NCBI RefSeq assembly: GCF_014252415.1
Contig: NZ_CP059223.1
Coordinates: 420,001-452,000 of the forward strand
DNA length: 32,000 bases
Source: Candidatus Saccharimonadota bacterium
GTDB taxonomy: Bacteria > Bacteroidota > Bacteroidia > Flavobacteriales > Blattabacteriaceae
Direction: 5' to 3'
The position numbers were made by a program, and so were the translations under genes. The notes beneath the pieces are model-generated. The model saw only the letters and a list, made by a program, of their open reading frames with translations, was not told where the DNA came from and did no database searches. Below, in pieces: positions 1-12,279 of this stretch. Positions within the stretch are counted from its first letter, which is position 1. Each line of letters begins with the position of its first letter.

Positions 1-68
1 AATAAAAATATTAAATGGTATAATCCATATGAAAAATATAATATATTAAATTTTATAGAAAAAAAATA

Positions 69-144
69 TGGGCAATACTGGATTTGAACCAGTGACCTCC
101 TGCTTGTAAAACAGATGCTCTAAACCAAACTGAGCTAATTGCCC
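69..144 (-). tRNA. tRNA-Val (anticodon UAC)
   Basis: The reverse complement folds as a 76-nt cloverleaf. Acceptor GGGCAAT/ATTGCCC, D arm GCTC..GAGC, anticodon loop TTTACAA, T arm ACTGG-TTCAAAT-CCAGT, discriminator A. No CCA is encoded. Confidence 0.9.
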
Positions 145-186
145 TACTGCAAAATGCAAAATACAGTCAAATTTAAATAAAAAAAA

Positions 187-1446
187 TTATAATAATTTAA
201 AAATTTCATATACAATAAATGTACTGCCGCATATCAATATTAAATCATTTTTTTTAGATAATTTTTTAGCAGAAAAAAATGCTGACTTAACAGAATAAAA
301 AAAATTAAATTTTTCATTCTTTATAAAAATTTTTTTTATTAAAATCTTTAGTTTATTTATATCATATTTTCTTTCTATAGAAGGTTGACAAAAATAATAA
401 TATGAATCATGAGGAAAAAATTTAATAAATGAACTAACCTTTTTATCTTTTACAAATCCTAATACTAAATGTAAATTTTCATATGATTCCTTTTTCAATT
501 GAAGATTAACCATTTTTATTCCATTTTTATTATGAGCTATATCACAAATGATTTTAGGATATTTTTTTTTTATTATACTCCAACGTCCTTTAAAATTTGT
601 ATTTTTTTTAATATTAATTAATCCCTTGTTAATAGAATTATTAGATATTAAAAAATTTTTTTTATTTAAAATATCTATAGTATATAATACCAAATTTTTA
701 TTAATATTTTGATAAATAATTTTATCAAAAAAATTATTATTTATTTTTATTGACTTAAAATTTTTTTTTAAAAAAAAATAAATAGGAGAATTATTTTTTA
801 AAGAAAATTTAAAAAAAAATTTTTTAACAATATCAGAAATATCTTCTCCTATTACTACAGGAACAGTTTTTTTTATAATTCCAGCTTTTTCAAAAGCTAT
901 TTTCAATTCATTATCGCCTAAAGATTCTGAATGATCTATGCTAATATTAGTAATAATAGAAATAATTGGATTTATAATATTAGTTGAATCTAATCTACCT
1001 CCCATTCCAACTTCAATAACAGCTATATCAATTTTTTTTTCTCTAAAATATTGAAATGCCATTGCTGTATTCATTTCAAAAAATGAAATAGATTCTTTTT
1101 CCAAAAAAGATTTATTTTGTTTAATAAAATCTACAACAAAACTTTTGTCTATATAATTTCCATTACAAGAAATTCTTTCTCTAAAATCCATTAAATGAGG
1201 AGATGTAAATGAACCTACTTTATATCCTTCTTCTATAAGAATAGAATATAACATATTAGTAGTAGATCCTTTACCATTTGTTCCCCCAACATGAATACTA
1301 TCAAATGATTTTTGAGGATTTCCAAGATATCTACATAAGTTAATAATTCTTTCTAATCCAGGTTTATATGATAAATTATTTAAACCAATTTTTTGATAAG
1401 ATGGTATTTTTTGTAATATCCAATCAATAGTTTCTAAATAATTCAA
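187..1446 (-). CDS. folC: Bifunctional folylpolyglutamate synthase / dihydrofolate synthase (FolC)
   Basis: 419-aa ORF with the Mur-ligase/FolC P-loop HVGGTNGKGST and an N-terminus of FolC type (YLETIDWILQKIPSYQKIG). The first codon is TTG. An in-frame stop lies 3 codons upstream, so no ATG alternative exists. Confidence 0.85.
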   Translation of the reverse strand: MNYLETIDWILQKIPSYQKIGLNNLSYKPGLERIINLCRYLGNPQKSFDSIHVGGTNGKGSTTNMLYSILIEEGYKVGSFTSPHLMDFRERISCNGNYIDKSFVVDFIKQNKSFLEKESISFFEMNTAMAFQYFREKKIDIAVIEVGMGGRLDSTNIINPIISIITNISIDHSESLGDNELKIAFEKAGIIKKTVPVVIGEDISDIVKKFFFKFSLKNNSPIYFFLKKNFKSIKINNNFFDKIIYQNINKNLVLYTIDILNKKNFLISNNSINKGLINIKKNTNFKGRWSIIKKKYPKIICDIAHNKNGIKMVNLQLKKESYENLHLVLGFVKDKKVSSFIKFFPHDSYYYFCQPSIERKYDINKLKILIKKIFIKNEKFNFFYSVKSAFFSAKKLSKKNDLILICGSTFIVYEIFKLL

Positions 1447-1533
1447 TTGTAAACTTTAAAAATTGTTATAACAAAAATATATTTTTTTTTAAAAAAAATT
1501 AACTAAATTTAGTCTAGAAAACTAATATTTTAA

Positions 1534-3192
1534 ATAAAAATAAAATCTTATTTACATTTTATAGAAAAAATAATAGAAGAAGATATAAAAAAAGGTTTTC
1601 CTAAATGTAAAATAAAATTTAGATTTCCACCTGAACCAAATGGAGTATTACATATTGGACATGTAAAAGCTATTTATCTAAATTTTAAATTAGGAATTAA
1701 ATATAATTCTCCTGTTAATTTAAGATTTGACGATACTAATCCTAATAAAGAAAGTAAAAAATTTATAGAGTCTATTAAAGATGATATTTTATTTTTAGGA
1801 TTTAAATGGGATCTAGAAAGTTATGCTTCAGATTATTTTAATAATCTTTATAATTGGGCTAAAATTTTAATAAAAAATAATTATGCATATATAGATGATC
1901 AACCAAAAAATATAATAAAATTTCAAAGAAAAAATTATTTTGAGTCAGGAATTAATAGTAATAATAGAAATAGATCTTCTGAAGAAAATTTATTCTTGTT
2001 TGAAAAAATGAAAAATGGTTTTTTTGAAGAAGGATTTTGTGTATTAAGAGCTAAAATTGATATGAGTTCCTCGAATATAAATATGAGAGATCCTATAATG
2101 TATAGAATTATAAAAAAAAAACATTATAAAACTGGATATGATTGGTGTATTTATCCTACTTACGATTGGGCTCATGGTCAATGTGATTATATTGAACAAA
2201 TATCTCATTCCCTATGTTCATTAGAATTTGAAAATAAACGTCCGTTATACAATTGGTTTATAAAAAAAATATATAATAATAAAAATATTAAACCAAAACA
2301 AATAGAATTTTCAAGACTTAATTTAAGTCATACTATAACTAGTAAAAGAAAAATACAATATTTAATTAATAATAAGATTATTAAATCTTGGGATGATCCT
2401 AGATTATCAACAATATCTGGTTTACGTAAGAGAGGGTATACTTCTATATCTATAAAAAATTTTATTGAAAAAGTAGGAATTTCAAAAAGAAATAATATTA
2501 TTGATAAATCTTTATTAGAATTCTTTATTAGAAATCATTTAAATAAAATAACACCTAGGATTATGGTCATAATGAATCCATTAAAAATTATAATTACTAA
2601 TTATCCTGATAATTATGTAGAATGGATAAATGCAGAAAACAATCCTGTAAATATTAATTTAGGATTTAGAAAAATCCCTTTTTCTAAAAATTTATATATA
2701 GAATTTGATGATTTTTTAGAAAAAAAAAGAGATGAATTTTTCCGACTTTATATAGGAAATGAAGTAAGATTAAAAAATGCTTATATTATAAAAGCACATT
2801 CAGTAAAAAGAAATAATAAAGGAATCATAAAAGAAATATATTGTACTTATGATCCATTTAGCAAATCAACAAAATCAAAAAATAATAAAAAACGTAATAA
2901 AAGAATAAAAAGTACTTTACATTGGGTTTCTATATCACATGCATTTCTTATAAAAATAAATTTATATAATACACTTTTTTTAAAAAAGAATCCAGATCAT
3001 ATAAATAATATTATATACAAAAATATAAATTTAGAATCTTTAAAAAAGATAATAGGATATGCTGAACCTCATTTAAAAAATATAGCTAAAATAGGTAGTC
3101 ATATACAATTTCAAAGGAATGGATATTTTTATGTAGAAAAGACTAATAATTTAATAACCTTTAACAAAACAGTTTCATTAAAAAAAAAATAA
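1534..3192 (+). CDS. glnS: Glutaminyl-tRNA synthetase (GlnRS); start codon uncertain, probably non-canonical ATA
   Basis: The frame is open from just after the TAA at 1531-1533 through to 3192. The ORF track begins only at TTG 1996. The upstream in-frame translation is clearly GlnRS: HFIEKIIEEDI...RFPPEPNGVLHIGHVKAIYLNF...NLRFDDTNP (HIGH motif). Downstream are LFEKMKNGFFEEG, RAKIDM and TITSKRK (the MSK motif). There is no in-frame ATG/GTG/TTG/CTG between 1534 and 1995. ATA codons occur at 1534 and 1540. The 3' end is firm; the 5' end is inferred. Confidence 0.8.
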   Translation: MKIKSYLHFIEKIIEEDIKKGFPKCKIKFRFPPEPNGVLHIGHVKAIYLNFKLGIKYNSPVNLRFDDTNPNKESKKFIESIKDDILFLGFKWDLESYASDYFNNLYNWAKILIKNNYAYIDDQPKNIIKFQRKNYFESGINSNNRNRSSEENLFLFEKMKNGFFEEGFCVLRAKIDMSSSNINMRDPIMYRIIKKKHYKTGYDWCIYPTYDWAHGQCDYIEQISHSLCSLEFENKRPLYNWFIKKIYNNKNIKPKQIEFSRLNLSHTITSKRKIQYLINNKIIKSWDDPRLSTISGLRKRGYTSISIKNFIEKVGISKRNNIIDKSLLEFFIRNHLNKITPRIMVIMNPLKIIITNYPDNYVEWINAENNPVNINLGFRKIPFSKNLYIEFDDFLEKKRDEFFRLYIGNEVRLKNAYIIKAHSVKRNNKGIIKEIYCTYDPFSKSTKSKNNKKRNKRIKSTLHWVSISHAFLIKINLYNTLFLKKNPDHINNIIYKNINLESLKKIIGYAEPHLKNIAKIGSHIQFQRNGYFYVEKTNNLITFNKTVSLKKK

Positions 3193-3205
3193 CAATAAAA
3201 ATTTT

Positions 3206-6200
3206 TTAAGGTATATCTATATGAATATTTTCATATTCTTTTAATCCAGTTCCTGCAGGTATTTTATGTCCTACAATAACATTTTCTTTTAATCCATGTA
3301 AATAATCAGTTTTACTACTTATCGCAGCTTCGCTTAAAACTTTAGTTGTTTCTTGAAATGAAGCTGCAGAAATAAATGATTTTGTTTGTAATGCTGATCT
3401 TGTAATTCCTTGTAATATTGGTCTAGCTGTTGCTGGTATTACATTTCTTATTTTCATTATTTTTTTATTATTATATTTTAATATTGCATTTTCATTTCTA
3501 AAATCTCTATAACTAACCATAGTTCCTTGTTTAAAAATCTCAGACTCCCCAGAATTTTCTATAATTTTTAATTGAGAAATTCTATCATTTTCTTCTATAA
3601 AATCATCTTTATATTCAATATTTCCCTCTAAAAATTTAGAGTCTCCAGATTCTATTACTTCTACTTTTCTCATCATTTGTAAAACAATGACTTCAAAATG
3701 TTTATCATTAATCTTAACTCCTTGTAATCTATATACTTCTTGTATCTCTTTAATTAAATATTCTTGAACAGCTCTAGGACCTCTGATGTTAAGAATATCA
3801 TTTGGAGTTATTGCTCCATCTGATAAAGGAACTCCTGCTTTAACATAATCATTTTCTTGAACAAGAATTTGATTAGTTAATTTAACTAAATATTTCTTAA
3901 TATCTCCATTTTTAGATTCTACAATAATTTCTCTATTACCTCTTTTTATTTTTCCATGACTAACAATTCCATCTATTTCCGATACTACAGCAGGATTAGA
4001 TGGATTACGTGCTTCAAATAATTCAGATAAACGAGGTAATCCTCCGGTAATATCTCCTGATTTAGCAGATTTTCTAGGAACTTTTACTAAAATTTTTCCT
4101 ATTTCAATTTTTTCCCCATCAGCTACCATTAAATGAGCGCCTACAGGTAGATTATATATTTTTAATTCATCATTATTATTATGAATATCAATAATTTTCA
4201 ATGTTGGAATTAGATTTTTATTTCTTACTTCAGTAATAACTTTTTCTTGAAATCCTGTTTGTTCATCTACCTCTACTTGAAAAGTAACCCCTTGTTCTAA
4301 ATGTTGATAAGATATTTTTCCAGAAAATTCTGCAATTATTACTGCATTATATAAATCCCATTTACATATAATATCCCCATTTTTTACAAAATCCCCATTT
4401 TTAACATATAAATATGCTCCATATGGTATATTATTTATCATTAAAATTGATGATTTATCATTATTTAATAATTTCATTTCTGTTGTTCTTGATACAACTA
4501 TATCAATTTCTTTTGAGTTTTTATTAACCTTAACAGTTTTTAAATCTTCTAACTCTATAAATCCATCATATTTACTAATTATTTGAGATGATTCTGTTAT
4601 ATTACCTGCAGTACCACCTACATGAAAAGTTCTTAAAGTTAATTGAGTTCCAGGTTCACCAATAGATTGAGCTGCTATAACTCCTACTGCCTCTCCTTTT
4701 TGTACTATTTTTCCTGTTGATAAATTTCTACCATAACATTTAGCACATATCCCCATTTTTGCTTCACAAGTTAAAGGAGATCGTACTTCTATAGAGAGAT
4801 GTCCTGATTTTTCAATATTCTTAGCTATATTTTCATCAATAATCCCCCCTGATTTTACTATTAATATTTCATTTTTTTCTATAGAAAAAATATCATTTAA
4901 AGAAGTACGTCCTAATATTCTATCAAATAAAGTTTCTACTATTTCTTCATTTTTTTTTAGAGCAGATATTTCTAATCCACGCAAGGTATTACAATCCTCT
5001 ATTTTAATTATTACATCTTGTGCTGCGTCTACTAATCTTCTTGTAAGATATCCTGCATCTGCAGTTTTTAATGCAGTATCAGCTAAACCTTTACGGGCAC
5101 CATGAGTAGATATAAAATACTCCAAAATAGATAATCCTTCTCTAAAATTAGATAATATAGGATTTTCAATAATTTCTCCACCAAAAGCCCCAGTTTTTTG
5201 AGGTTTAGCCATTAATCCACGCATTCCTGATAACTGTCTTATTTGTTCTTTTGATCCTCTAGCTCCAGAATCTAACATCATATAAATAGGATTAAAACCT
5301 TGTCGATCTTCACGCATATATTTCATTACTTTTTCAGTTAGTAATGAATTAGTGTTTGTCCATATGTCTATAATTTGATTATAACGTTCATTATTAGTTA
5401 TTAACCCCATATTATAATTTGATTTAACATTGTCCACTTTTTGTATAGCAAGTTTTACCATATTTTTTTTATTATCAGGAATTATAATATCTCCAAGTCC
5501 AAATGAAAGTCCACCTTTAAATGCGTTATAGAAACCTAATTTTTTAATATCATCTAAAAATTTAGAAGTAGTAGGAATATTAGTAATATATAATATTCTT
5601 CCTATTATCTCTCTTAATGATTTTTTTGTAAGAGATTCGTTAATATAACCAACTTTTTTTGGTACAACTTGATTAAATAAAACTCTACCCACTGTTGTTT
5701 CTACTAATTTGCTAATTAATTTATTATCTTCTCTAATATTTACTTTTACTTTAATTAACGCATGTAAATCAATTGATTTTTGATTATATGCTATCTCTAC
5801 TTCTTCCGAAGAATAAAAAATACTACCTTCTCCTCTTATTTTATTGTTAGAATCAGATAATAATGGTTTAGTCATATAATATAATCCTAATACCATATCC
5901 TGAGAAGGAACAGTGATAGGAGATCCATTAGCAGGATTTAATATATTTTGAGATGCTAACATCAATAATTTAGATTCTAGTATTGCAACATTTGACAATG
6001 GTAAATGAACTGCCATTTGATCTCCATCAAAATCTGCATTAAAAGCAGAACAAACTAGTGGATGTAGTTGGATTGCTTTTCCTTCTATTAATTTAGGTTG
6101 AAATGCTTGAATACCTAATCTATGTAAAGTAGGTGCTCTATTTAGTAAAATAGGATGTCCTTTTAATACATTCTCTAAAATATCCCATATAACTTCTTTT

Positions 6201-7441
6201 CTATTATCAATAATTTTTTTAGCAGATTTAACTGTTTTAACGATACCTCTTTCAATTAATTTTCTTATAATAAATGGTTTATATAATTCTGCTGCCATAT
6301 CTTTAGGTAATCCACATTCATGTAATTTTAAATGAGGTCCTACTACTATAACAGATCTAGCAGAATAATCAACTCTTTTACCAAGTAAATTTTGTCTAAA
6401 ACGTCCTTGTTTTCCTTTTAATGAATCAGATAAAGATTTAAGAGGACGATTACCTTCTGATTTTACTGCAGAAATTTTTCTTGAATTATCAAATAAAGAA
6501 TCTACAGCTTCTTGTAACATTCTTTTCTCATTTCTCAAAATAACTTCCGGAGCCTTTATTTCTATAAGTCTTTTCAAACGATTATTTCTTATCAATACAC
6601 GACGATATAGATCTGTCATATCAGATGCTGCATATCTACCTCCATCTAAAGGAACTAAAGGTCTTAATTCTGGGGGAATTACAGATAAAACATTTATAAT
6701 CATCCAAGATGGATGACTACCCTTTTTTTTTCCTTCTTTAAATGATTCTACTACTTGTAATCTTTTTAACGCATCTATTCTTCTCTGTTTTGATGTTTCA
6801 TTAAAAGATTGATTTCTTAGTTCTTCAGATAATAAATCTAAATCAATTCTATTTAATAAATCTTTTACACATTCAGCCCCCATTTTTGCAATAAATTTAT
6901 TTGGATCTACATCATCTAAATCTTGATTAGATTTTGGAAGTTTGTCTAATACGCTTAAGTATTCTTCTTCGGATAAAAAATCTCCTTTTTTATAAAAATT
7001 ACCATCCGTACGTACAGCTATACCTCCTTGAACTACAACATATCTCTCATAATATATAATCATCTCTAATTTTTTTGATGAAAGACCTAGTAAAGATCCA
7101 ATTTTATTTGGAGACGAACGAAAACACCATATATGAACAACAGGTACAATAAGACTGATATGACCCATACGTTCTCTTCTAACTTTTTTTTCAGTAACTT
7201 CTACTCCGCATCTATCACAAACTATTCCTTTATATCGAATTCTTTTATATTTACCACAAGCACATTCATAATCTTTTACTGGTCCAAAAATTCGTTCACA
7301 AAATAATCCGTCTCTCTCTGGTTTATGTGTTCTATAATTTATAGTTTCTGGTTTCAAAACTTCTCCATTAGATTCCTTTAATATAACTTCTGGAGATGCT
7401 AATCGAATTGTAATTTTACTAAATTTTTTATTTTTATTCAT
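3206..7441 (-). CDS. rpoC: DNA-directed RNA polymerase subunit beta'
   Basis: 1411-aa ORF with an ATG start. It has the N-terminal zinc-binding CxC...CxxC region and the catalytic [12 protein letters not shown] motif. It sits directly downstream of rpoB. Confidence 0.97.
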   Translation of the reverse strand: MNKNKKFSKITIRLASPEVILKESNGEVLKPETINYRTHKPERDGLFCERIFGPVKDYECACGKYKRIRYKGIVCDRCGVEVTEKKVRRERMGHISLIVPVVHIWCFRSSPNKIGSLLGLSSKKLEMIIYYERYVVVQGGIAVRTDGNFYKKGDFLSEEEYLSVLDKLPKSNQDLDDVDPNKFIAKMGAECVKDLLNRIDLDLLSEELRNQSFNETSKQRRIDALKRLQVVESFKEGKKKGSHPSWMIINVLSVIPPELRPLVPLDGGRYAASDMTDLYRRVLIRNNRLKRLIEIKAPEVILRNEKRMLQEAVDSLFDNSRKISAVKSEGNRPLKSLSDSLKGKQGRFRQNLLGKRVDYSARSVIVVGPHLKLHECGLPKDMAAELYKPFIIRKLIERGIVKTVKSAKKIIDNRKEVIWDILENVLKGHPILLNRAPTLHRLGIQAFQPKLIEGKAIQLHPLVCSAFNADFDGDQMAVHLPLSNVAILESKLLMLASQNILNPANGSPITVPSQDMVLGLYYMTKPLLSDSNNKIRGEGSIFYSSEEVEIAYNQKSIDLHALIKVKVNIREDNKLISKLVETTVGRVLFNQVVPKKVGYINESLTKKSLREIIGRILYITNIPTTSKFLDDIKKLGFYNAFKGGLSFGLGDIIIPDNKKNMVKLAIQKVDNVKSNYNMGLITNNERYNQIIDIWTNTNSLLTEKVMKYMREDRQGFNPIYMMLDSGARGSKEQIRQLSGMRGLMAKPQKTGAFGGEIIENPILSNFREGLSILEYFISTHGARKGLADTALKTADAGYLTRRLVDAAQDVIIKIEDCNTLRGLEISALKKNEEIVETLFDRILGRTSLNDIFSIEKNEILIVKSGGIIDENIAKNIEKSGHLSIEVRSPLTCEAKMGICAKCYGRNLSTGKIVQKGEAVGVIAAQSIGEPGTQLTLRTFHVGGTAGNITESSQIISKYDGFIELEDLKTVKVNKNSKEIDIVVSRTTEMKLLNNDKSSILMINNIPYGAYLYVKNGDFVKNGDIICKWDLYNAVIIAEFSGKISYQHLEQGVTFQVEVDEQTGFQEKVITEVRNKNLIPTLKIIDIHNNNDELKIYNLPVGAHLMVADGEKIEIGKILVKVPRKSAKSGDITGGLPRLSELFEARNPSNPAVVSEIDGIVSHGKIKRGNREIIVESKNGDIKKYLVKLTNQILVQENDYVKAGVPLSDGAITPNDILNIRGPRAVQEYLIKEIQEVYRLQGVKINDKHFEVIVLQMMRKVEVIESGDSKFLEGNIEYKDDFIEENDRISQLKIIENSGESEIFKQGTMVSYRDFRNENAILKYNNKKIMKIRNVIPATARPILQGITRSALQTKSFISAASFQETTKVLSEAAISSKTDYLHGLKENVIVGHKIPAGTGLKEYENIHIDIP

Positions 7442-7465
7442 AATTGATAATCCAAATATAATATT

Positions 7466-10400
7466 CTATTCCTCCAAGTTAATATCTAATCCTAAACCTT
7501 TTAATTCATAACATAATACATTAAAAGATTCTGGATTATTAGGATTAGGCATTTCTGTTCCTTTAACTATAGCTTCGTAAGTTTTAGCTCTTCCTACAAC
7601 ATCATCTGATTTTACAGTTAATATTTCTCTTAAAATATTTGCTGCTCCGAATGCTTCTAATGCCCATACTTCCATTTCACCGAATCTTTGTCCTCCAAAT
7701 TGAGATTTACCACCTAAAGGTTGTTGTGTAATTAAAGAATATGGACCTATAGAACGAGAATGCATTTTATCATCAACCATATGTCCTAATTTTAACATAT
7801 ATATATATCCTACAGTAGCAGGTTGATCAAATCTTTCTCCTGTTTCTCCATCAAATAAATATGTAGTCCCAAATTTAGGTATCCCTGATTTTTTAGTATA
7901 ATTAGATATTTGATCTATTGTGGCTCCATCAAATATAGGAGTAGAAAATTTTATGTTTAATTTATAACCTGCCCAACCTAATACAGTTTCATATATTTGT
8001 CCTATATTCATTCTGGATGGAACTCCTAGTGGATTTAATACTATATCTACTGGGGTCCCATCTTCTAAAAAAGGCATATCTTCTACTCTTAGAATTCTAG
8101 CTACTACACCTTTATTACCATGTCTTCCTGCCATCTTATCTCCTACTTTTAGTTTTCTTTTTTTTGCAATATAAACTTTAGCCATTTTAACAATACCAGA
8201 TGGTAATTCATCACCTACCGTAATAGAAAATTTTTTATGTTTTAAACTACTATTTAATTCATTTATTGATATCATATAATTATGAAATATATCTAATATC
8301 AAATCATTAACAATATCATCATCTGTCCATTTATCGAAATTAATACTTGTATAATCTGATATACTATCAAATAATTTTTTATTTAAATTTTCTCCATGAC
8401 TTACAATTTTATTTCCATTTTTATCATAAATAGAACTAAAACATTTTTTTTCATTTAAAATTGTGACTAATTTATTTATTAATTTTGTTCTTAGATTAGA
8501 AAATTTATTTTTATATTCTTTTTCTAAAGAATTTATTAAAATTTTATCTTTTTCTCTAGAAGATTTATTCTTTATACTTCTGGTAAAAAGTTTAGTATCT
8601 ATTACTATCCCAAATAAGGACGGCTCAGCTCTCAAAGAAGCATCTTTTACATTACCCGCTTTTTCCCCAAAAATAGCCCTTAATAATTTTTCTTCTGGGG
8701 TAGGATCAGTTTCTCCTTTAGGAGTAATTTTTCCTATTAAAATATCCCCTGGTTTTACTTCAGCTCCAACTCTAATAATCCCATTTTCATCTAAATTTTT
8801 AGTAGCTTCTTCACTAACATTAGGAATATCATTGGTTAACTCTTCCATTCCTAATTTTGTATCACGAACTTCTAAAGAATATTCATCAATATGAATAGAC
8901 GTAAACCAATCTTCACTGACTACTTTTTCAGAAATTAATACCGCATCTTCAAAATTATATCCATTACAAGGAATAAATGCAGCTTTTAAATTTCTTCCAA
9001 GAGCTAACTCTCCATTTTCTGTAGCATATCCTTCACATAAAATTTGCCCCTTTTTTATTTTTTCACCTTTTTTAACAATAGGTTTTAAATTAATACATGT
9101 ATTTTGATTTGTTTTTCTAAATTTTATAAGATCATAAATTTTTATATCTGAGTCAAAACTAATCAACTCTTCTGTTTTTGTTTTATCATAACGAATAATT
9201 ATTCGTTTTGCATCCATATATTCTACTGTTCCATTTTTTTCGGCATTAATTAAAATTCTAGAATCTTTTGCTACTTGTTTTTCTAATCCAGTTCCAACTA
9301 TTGGTGATTCTGGTTTTAATAGAGGTACAGCTTGACGCATCATATTTGATCCCATAAGTGCTCTATTTGCGTCGTCATGTTCTAAAAATGGTATTAAAGA
9401 TGCAGATATAGAAGCTATTTGATTAGGAGCTACATCTATATAATCAATTTGACTAGATTCTACAATTGGAAAATCTCCATCTTTTCTTGCTATAACTCTA
9501 TTTGAGAGAAAATTTCCATTTTTATTGATAGAATTTGCTTGAGCTATAATTTTTCCTTCTTCTTCTTCTGCACTTAAATATTTTACTAATTGTAATAAAT
9601 CTACTTTATTATTTTTTACAATTCTATAAGGAGTTTCAACGAATCCCATACTATTAATTTTTGCAAAAACAGATAATGAAGATATTAAACCAATATTTGG
9701 ACCTTCTGGGGTTTCTATAGGACATAATCTTCCATAATGAGAATAATTAACATCTCTTACTTCAAATCCAGCTCTTTCTCTTGATAATCCTCCTGGACCT
9801 AAAGCAGATAACCTTCTTTTATGAGTAATCTCAGATAAAGGATTAGTTTGATCCATAAATTGAGATAATTGGTTTGTTCCAAAAAAAGTATTAATAACAG
9901 ATGATAAAGTTTTAGCATTAATCAAATCAACAGGCATAAAAACTTCATTATCACGAACATTCATTCTTTCTCTTATAGTTCTAGCCATTCTAGCTAATCC
10001 TATATTAAATTGTGTATATAATTGTTCTCCAACTGTTCTTACTCTTCTATTAGAGAGATGATCTATATCATCAATTTCTTTTTTGGAATTAAATAAATCA
10101 TTTAAATGATTTATTATGGCTATAATATCTTTTTTTGTTAAAACTAAATGATTTTGATCAATATTTAATTCAAGTCTTTTGTTTAAACGATATCTTCCTA
10201 CAGGACCTAAACTATATCTAGAATCAGAAAAAAATAATTTATCTATCACATTTCTAGCTGTTTCTTCATCAGGTGGTTCAGTATTTCTTAATTGCCTATA
10301 AATGTATTCTATTGCTTCTTTTTCAGAATTTGTAGGATCTTTATATAAAGTATTATATATAATAGAATAATCTTTTTTCTTACCATTTTCTTTGTGCAAA

Positions 10401-11281
10401 AAAATAGTTTTTATATTATAATTACAAATAATATCTATATGTTCTTGTTTTAATAAAGTATCTCTTTCAATAAGAATTTTATTTTTCTCTATGGTTACTA
10501 CTTCTCCAGTATCTTCATCTACAAGATCTTCATGCCATATCCTCAATACTCTTTCAGCCAAAATTTTATTTATGATATTTTTTATATTATTTTTTTTTAT
10601 TTTAACTTCTTCTGATAAGTTAAATATCCTTAATATATCTTTGTCCCTTTCATAACCTATAGCTCTTAATAAAGTAGTCATAGGTAATTTTTTTTTTCTA
10701 TCGATATATGCATACATAACATTATTTATATCCGTAGCAAATTCTATCCATGATCCCTTAAATGGAATAATTCTTGCCGAATATAATTTAGTACCATTTG
10801 CATGATGAGATTGACCAAAAAAAACTCCAGGAGAACGATGTAATTGAGAAACTATAACTCTTTCTGCACCATTAAATATAAAAGATCCAGAAGGAGTCAT
10901 ATATGGACACGTTCCTAAATATACATCTTGACAAACAGTTTCAAAATCTTCATGTTCTGGATCAGTACAGTATAATTTTAATTTAGCTTTTAATGGTACA
11001 CTGTATGTTAATCCTCTTTCAATACATTCTTCTATAGAATACCTTGGAGTATCTATTGAATATCCTTTAAACTCTAAAACAAATGAATTTCTTGCGTCAG
11101 AAATTGGAAAATTATCCATAAATGCTTTAAATAATCCTTCATTTTTTCTACTTTCTGGTTTAGTATCCAATTGAAAAAATTCTTTAAATGATTTAATCTG
11201 AATATTTAAAAAATCTGGATAATCTACTCTTTTTGCTATTGATGAAAAAGTTATTCTTTCTGATATTTTATCTGTATTCAC
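7466..11281 (-). CDS. rpoB: DNA-directed RNA polymerase subunit beta
   Basis: 1271-aa ORF carrying [14 protein letters not shown] and other RpoB blocks. The first codon is GTG, with an in-frame stop 2 codons upstream. Confidence 0.97.
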   Translation of the reverse strand: MNTDKISERITFSSIAKRVDYPDFLNIQIKSFKEFFQLDTKPESRKNEGLFKAFMDNFPISDARNSFVLEFKGYSIDTPRYSIEECIERGLTYSVPLKAKLKLYCTDPEHEDFETVCQDVYLGTCPYMTPSGSFIFNGAERVIVSQLHRSPGVFFGQSHHANGTKLYSARIIPFKGSWIEFATDINNVMYAYIDRKKKLPMTTLLRAIGYERDKDILRIFNLSEEVKIKKNNIKNIINKILAERVLRIWHEDLVDEDTGEVVTIEKNKILIERDTLLKQEHIDIICNYNIKTIFLHKENGKKKDYSIIYNTLYKDPTNSEKEAIEYIYRQLRNTEPPDEETARNVIDKLFFSDSRYSLGPVGRYRLNKRLELNIDQNHLVLTKKDIIAIINHLNDLFNSKKEIDDIDHLSNRRVRTVGEQLYTQFNIGLARMARTIRERMNVRDNEVFMPVDLINAKTLSSVINTFFGTNQLSQFMDQTNPLSEITHKRRLSALGPGGLSRERAGFEVRDVNYSHYGRLCPIETPEGPNIGLISSLSVFAKINSMGFVETPYRIVKNNKVDLLQLVKYLSAEEEEGKIIAQANSINKNGNFLSNRVIARKDGDFPIVESSQIDYIDVAPNQIASISASLIPFLEHDDANRALMGSNMMRQAVPLLKPESPIVGTGLEKQVAKDSRILINAEKNGTVEYMDAKRIIIRYDKTKTEELISFDSDIKIYDLIKFRKTNQNTCINLKPIVKKGEKIKKGQILCEGYATENGELALGRNLKAAFIPCNGYNFEDAVLISEKVVSEDWFTSIHIDEYSLEVRDTKLGMEELTNDIPNVSEEATKNLDENGIIRVGAEVKPGDILIGKITPKGETDPTPEEKLLRAIFGEKAGNVKDASLRAEPSLFGIVIDTKLFTRSIKNKSSREKDKILINSLEKEYKNKFSNLRTKLINKLVTILNEKKCFSSIYDKNGNKIVSHGENLNKKLFDSISDYTSINFDKWTDDDIVNDLILDIFHNYMISINELNSSLKHKKFSITVGDELPSGIVKMAKVYIAKKRKLKVGDKMAGRHGNKGVVARILRVEDMPFLEDGTPVDIVLNPLGVPSRMNIGQIYETVLGWAGYKLNIKFSTPIFDGATIDQISNYTKKSGIPKFGTTYLFDGETGERFDQPATVGYIYMLKLGHMVDDKMHSRSIGPYSLITQQPLGGKSQFGGQRFGEMEVWALEAFGAANILREILTVKSDDVVGRAKTYEAIVKGTEMPNPNNPESFNVLCYELKGLGLDINLEE

Positions 11282-11297
11282 TAGTCAATTTATATTT

Positions 11298-11672
11298 TTA
11301 TTTAAGTTCAATTTGAGCTCCTATATTTTCAAATTTTTCTTTTAAAATATTTGCTTCTTCTTTACTAACAGATTCTTTAATAGTATTAGGTATATTATCT
11401 ACTAAATCTTTAGACTCTTTCAGCCCTTTACCAGTAATTTCTTTTACTAATTTAACTACAGAAAGCTTAGAACTACCAGAAGATTTTAAAATTATATCAA
11501 ATATATTTTTTTGTTTTTTTTCATTTTCCTGATCTTTATTTTTATTTGAATTTATTTGTAAACTTTGAAATACATTTGGTTTTATTCCATATTTTTTTTT
11601 TAAAATTTCTGCTAATTCATTAACTTGTTTTATAGTTAAATTTACCAATTGTTCTGCTAACTTTTCTACCAT
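11298..11672 (-). CDS. rplL: 50S ribosomal protein L7/L12
   Basis: 124 aa with an ATG start. The C-terminal domain SKLSVVKLVKEITGKGLKESKDLVD...KEEANILKEKFENIGAQIELK is typical of L7/L12. Its position between rplJ and rpoB also fits. Confidence 0.93.
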   Translation of the reverse strand: MVEKLAEQLVNLTIKQVNELAEILKKKYGIKPNVFQSLQINSNKNKDQENEKKQKNIFDIILKSSGSSKLSVVKLVKEITGKGLKESKDLVDNIPNTIKESVSKEEANILKEKFENIGAQIELK

Positions 11673-11739
11673 TTTACTTTTTTTTACAATTTTTTTCTAT
11701 TTTTTTTTATTATTATAATTTGTTATTTTTTTATATTAC

Positions 11740-12279
11740 TTATTTCTTAATAGATAAGTATTTTAAAATATCATATATTTGGTTTGATATTTTTGATAAT
11801 GATAAAATAGTATTATTTAAAGGATTTATTAGATTATGTAATATATCAATAATTAATTCTTCTTTAGATTTAATATTTACAAGTAAATCTAGGCTATTGT
11901 TTCCAATATAAAAATCGTTTTGAACATATGCTATTTTTAAAATAGGATTTTTTATATTTTCCATAGAATGAAATTTTTTAATAATTATTGATACAATTTT
12001 TCCTAAATTATTGTTTGAAAATAAAATACTAGTATTTTTTTTTAAAAAAGGTAAAAATGATTTTAATTTTTTATTTTTTATATTTTTTATAGATTTTTTT
12101 AGTAAAGAATTTTTTACAACTATCATTTTAACTCCATTTTCATAAAAACTTTTTCTTAAAAAAAATGTTTGATTAGCATTTAAATTAAAAAAATCCATTA
12201 AATATATAGTATTACTATTAGACAGTATTTTATTTAAATTTAGTAAAATATCTTTTTTATTATTTTTATTTTCTTTCAT
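11740..12279 (-). CDS. rplJ: 50S ribosomal protein L10
   Basis: 179 aa with an ATG start. It contains the L10-like IYLMDFFNLNANQTFFLRKSFYENGVKMIVVKNSLL. It sits between rplA and rplL and overlaps the rplA 3' end by 14 nt. Confidence 0.88.
   Translation of the reverse strand: MKENKNNKKDILLNLNKILSNSNTIYLMDFFNLNANQTFFLRKSFYENGVKMIVVKNSLLKKSIKNIKNKKLKSFLPFLKKNTSILFSNNNLGKIVSIIIKKFHSMENIKNPILKIAYVQNDFYIGNNSLDLLVNIKSKEELIIDILHNLINPLNNTILSLSKISNQIYDILKYLSIKK

Noticed and set aside
1-87. Frame-1 open reading frame running in from the left window edge (…NKNIKWYNPYEKYNILNFIEKKYGQYWI*), overlapping the 3' end of tRNA-Val by 19 nt
   Set aside because: It may be the C-terminus of an upstream plus-strand gene. 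Only 28 codons are visible, there is no recognisable motif, and frame 2 is also open for 16 codons. It is too short to call.
168-175. TAAATTTG (minus strand) 23 nt upstream of tRNA-Val as a promoter -7 box
   Set aside because: There is no TTTG -33 partner at 17-21 nt, and the upstream sequence lies inside the folC 3' end. The octamer alone is expected by chance many times at this base composition. It is mentioned only as weak support in the promoter finding.
1482-1498. T9A8 palindromic tract in the folC/glnS divergent spacer
   Set aside because: It is a perfect A/T palindrome but indistinguishable from the homopolymer-rich background of the spacers. There are no flanking specific bases to suggest a binding site.
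8463-8894. 143-aa ORF on the plus strand inside rpoB
   Set aside because: It is fully antisense to a strongly supported rpoB. The product is low-complexity Ser/Leu/Phe/Ile-rich with no motifs. It is a typical shadow ORF in the stop-poor antisense frame of a conserved gene.
11720-11911. 63-aa plus-strand ORF overlapping the 3' part of rplJ
   Set aside because: It is antisense to rplJ with an AT-rich Phe/Ile/Leu product and no supporting signals.
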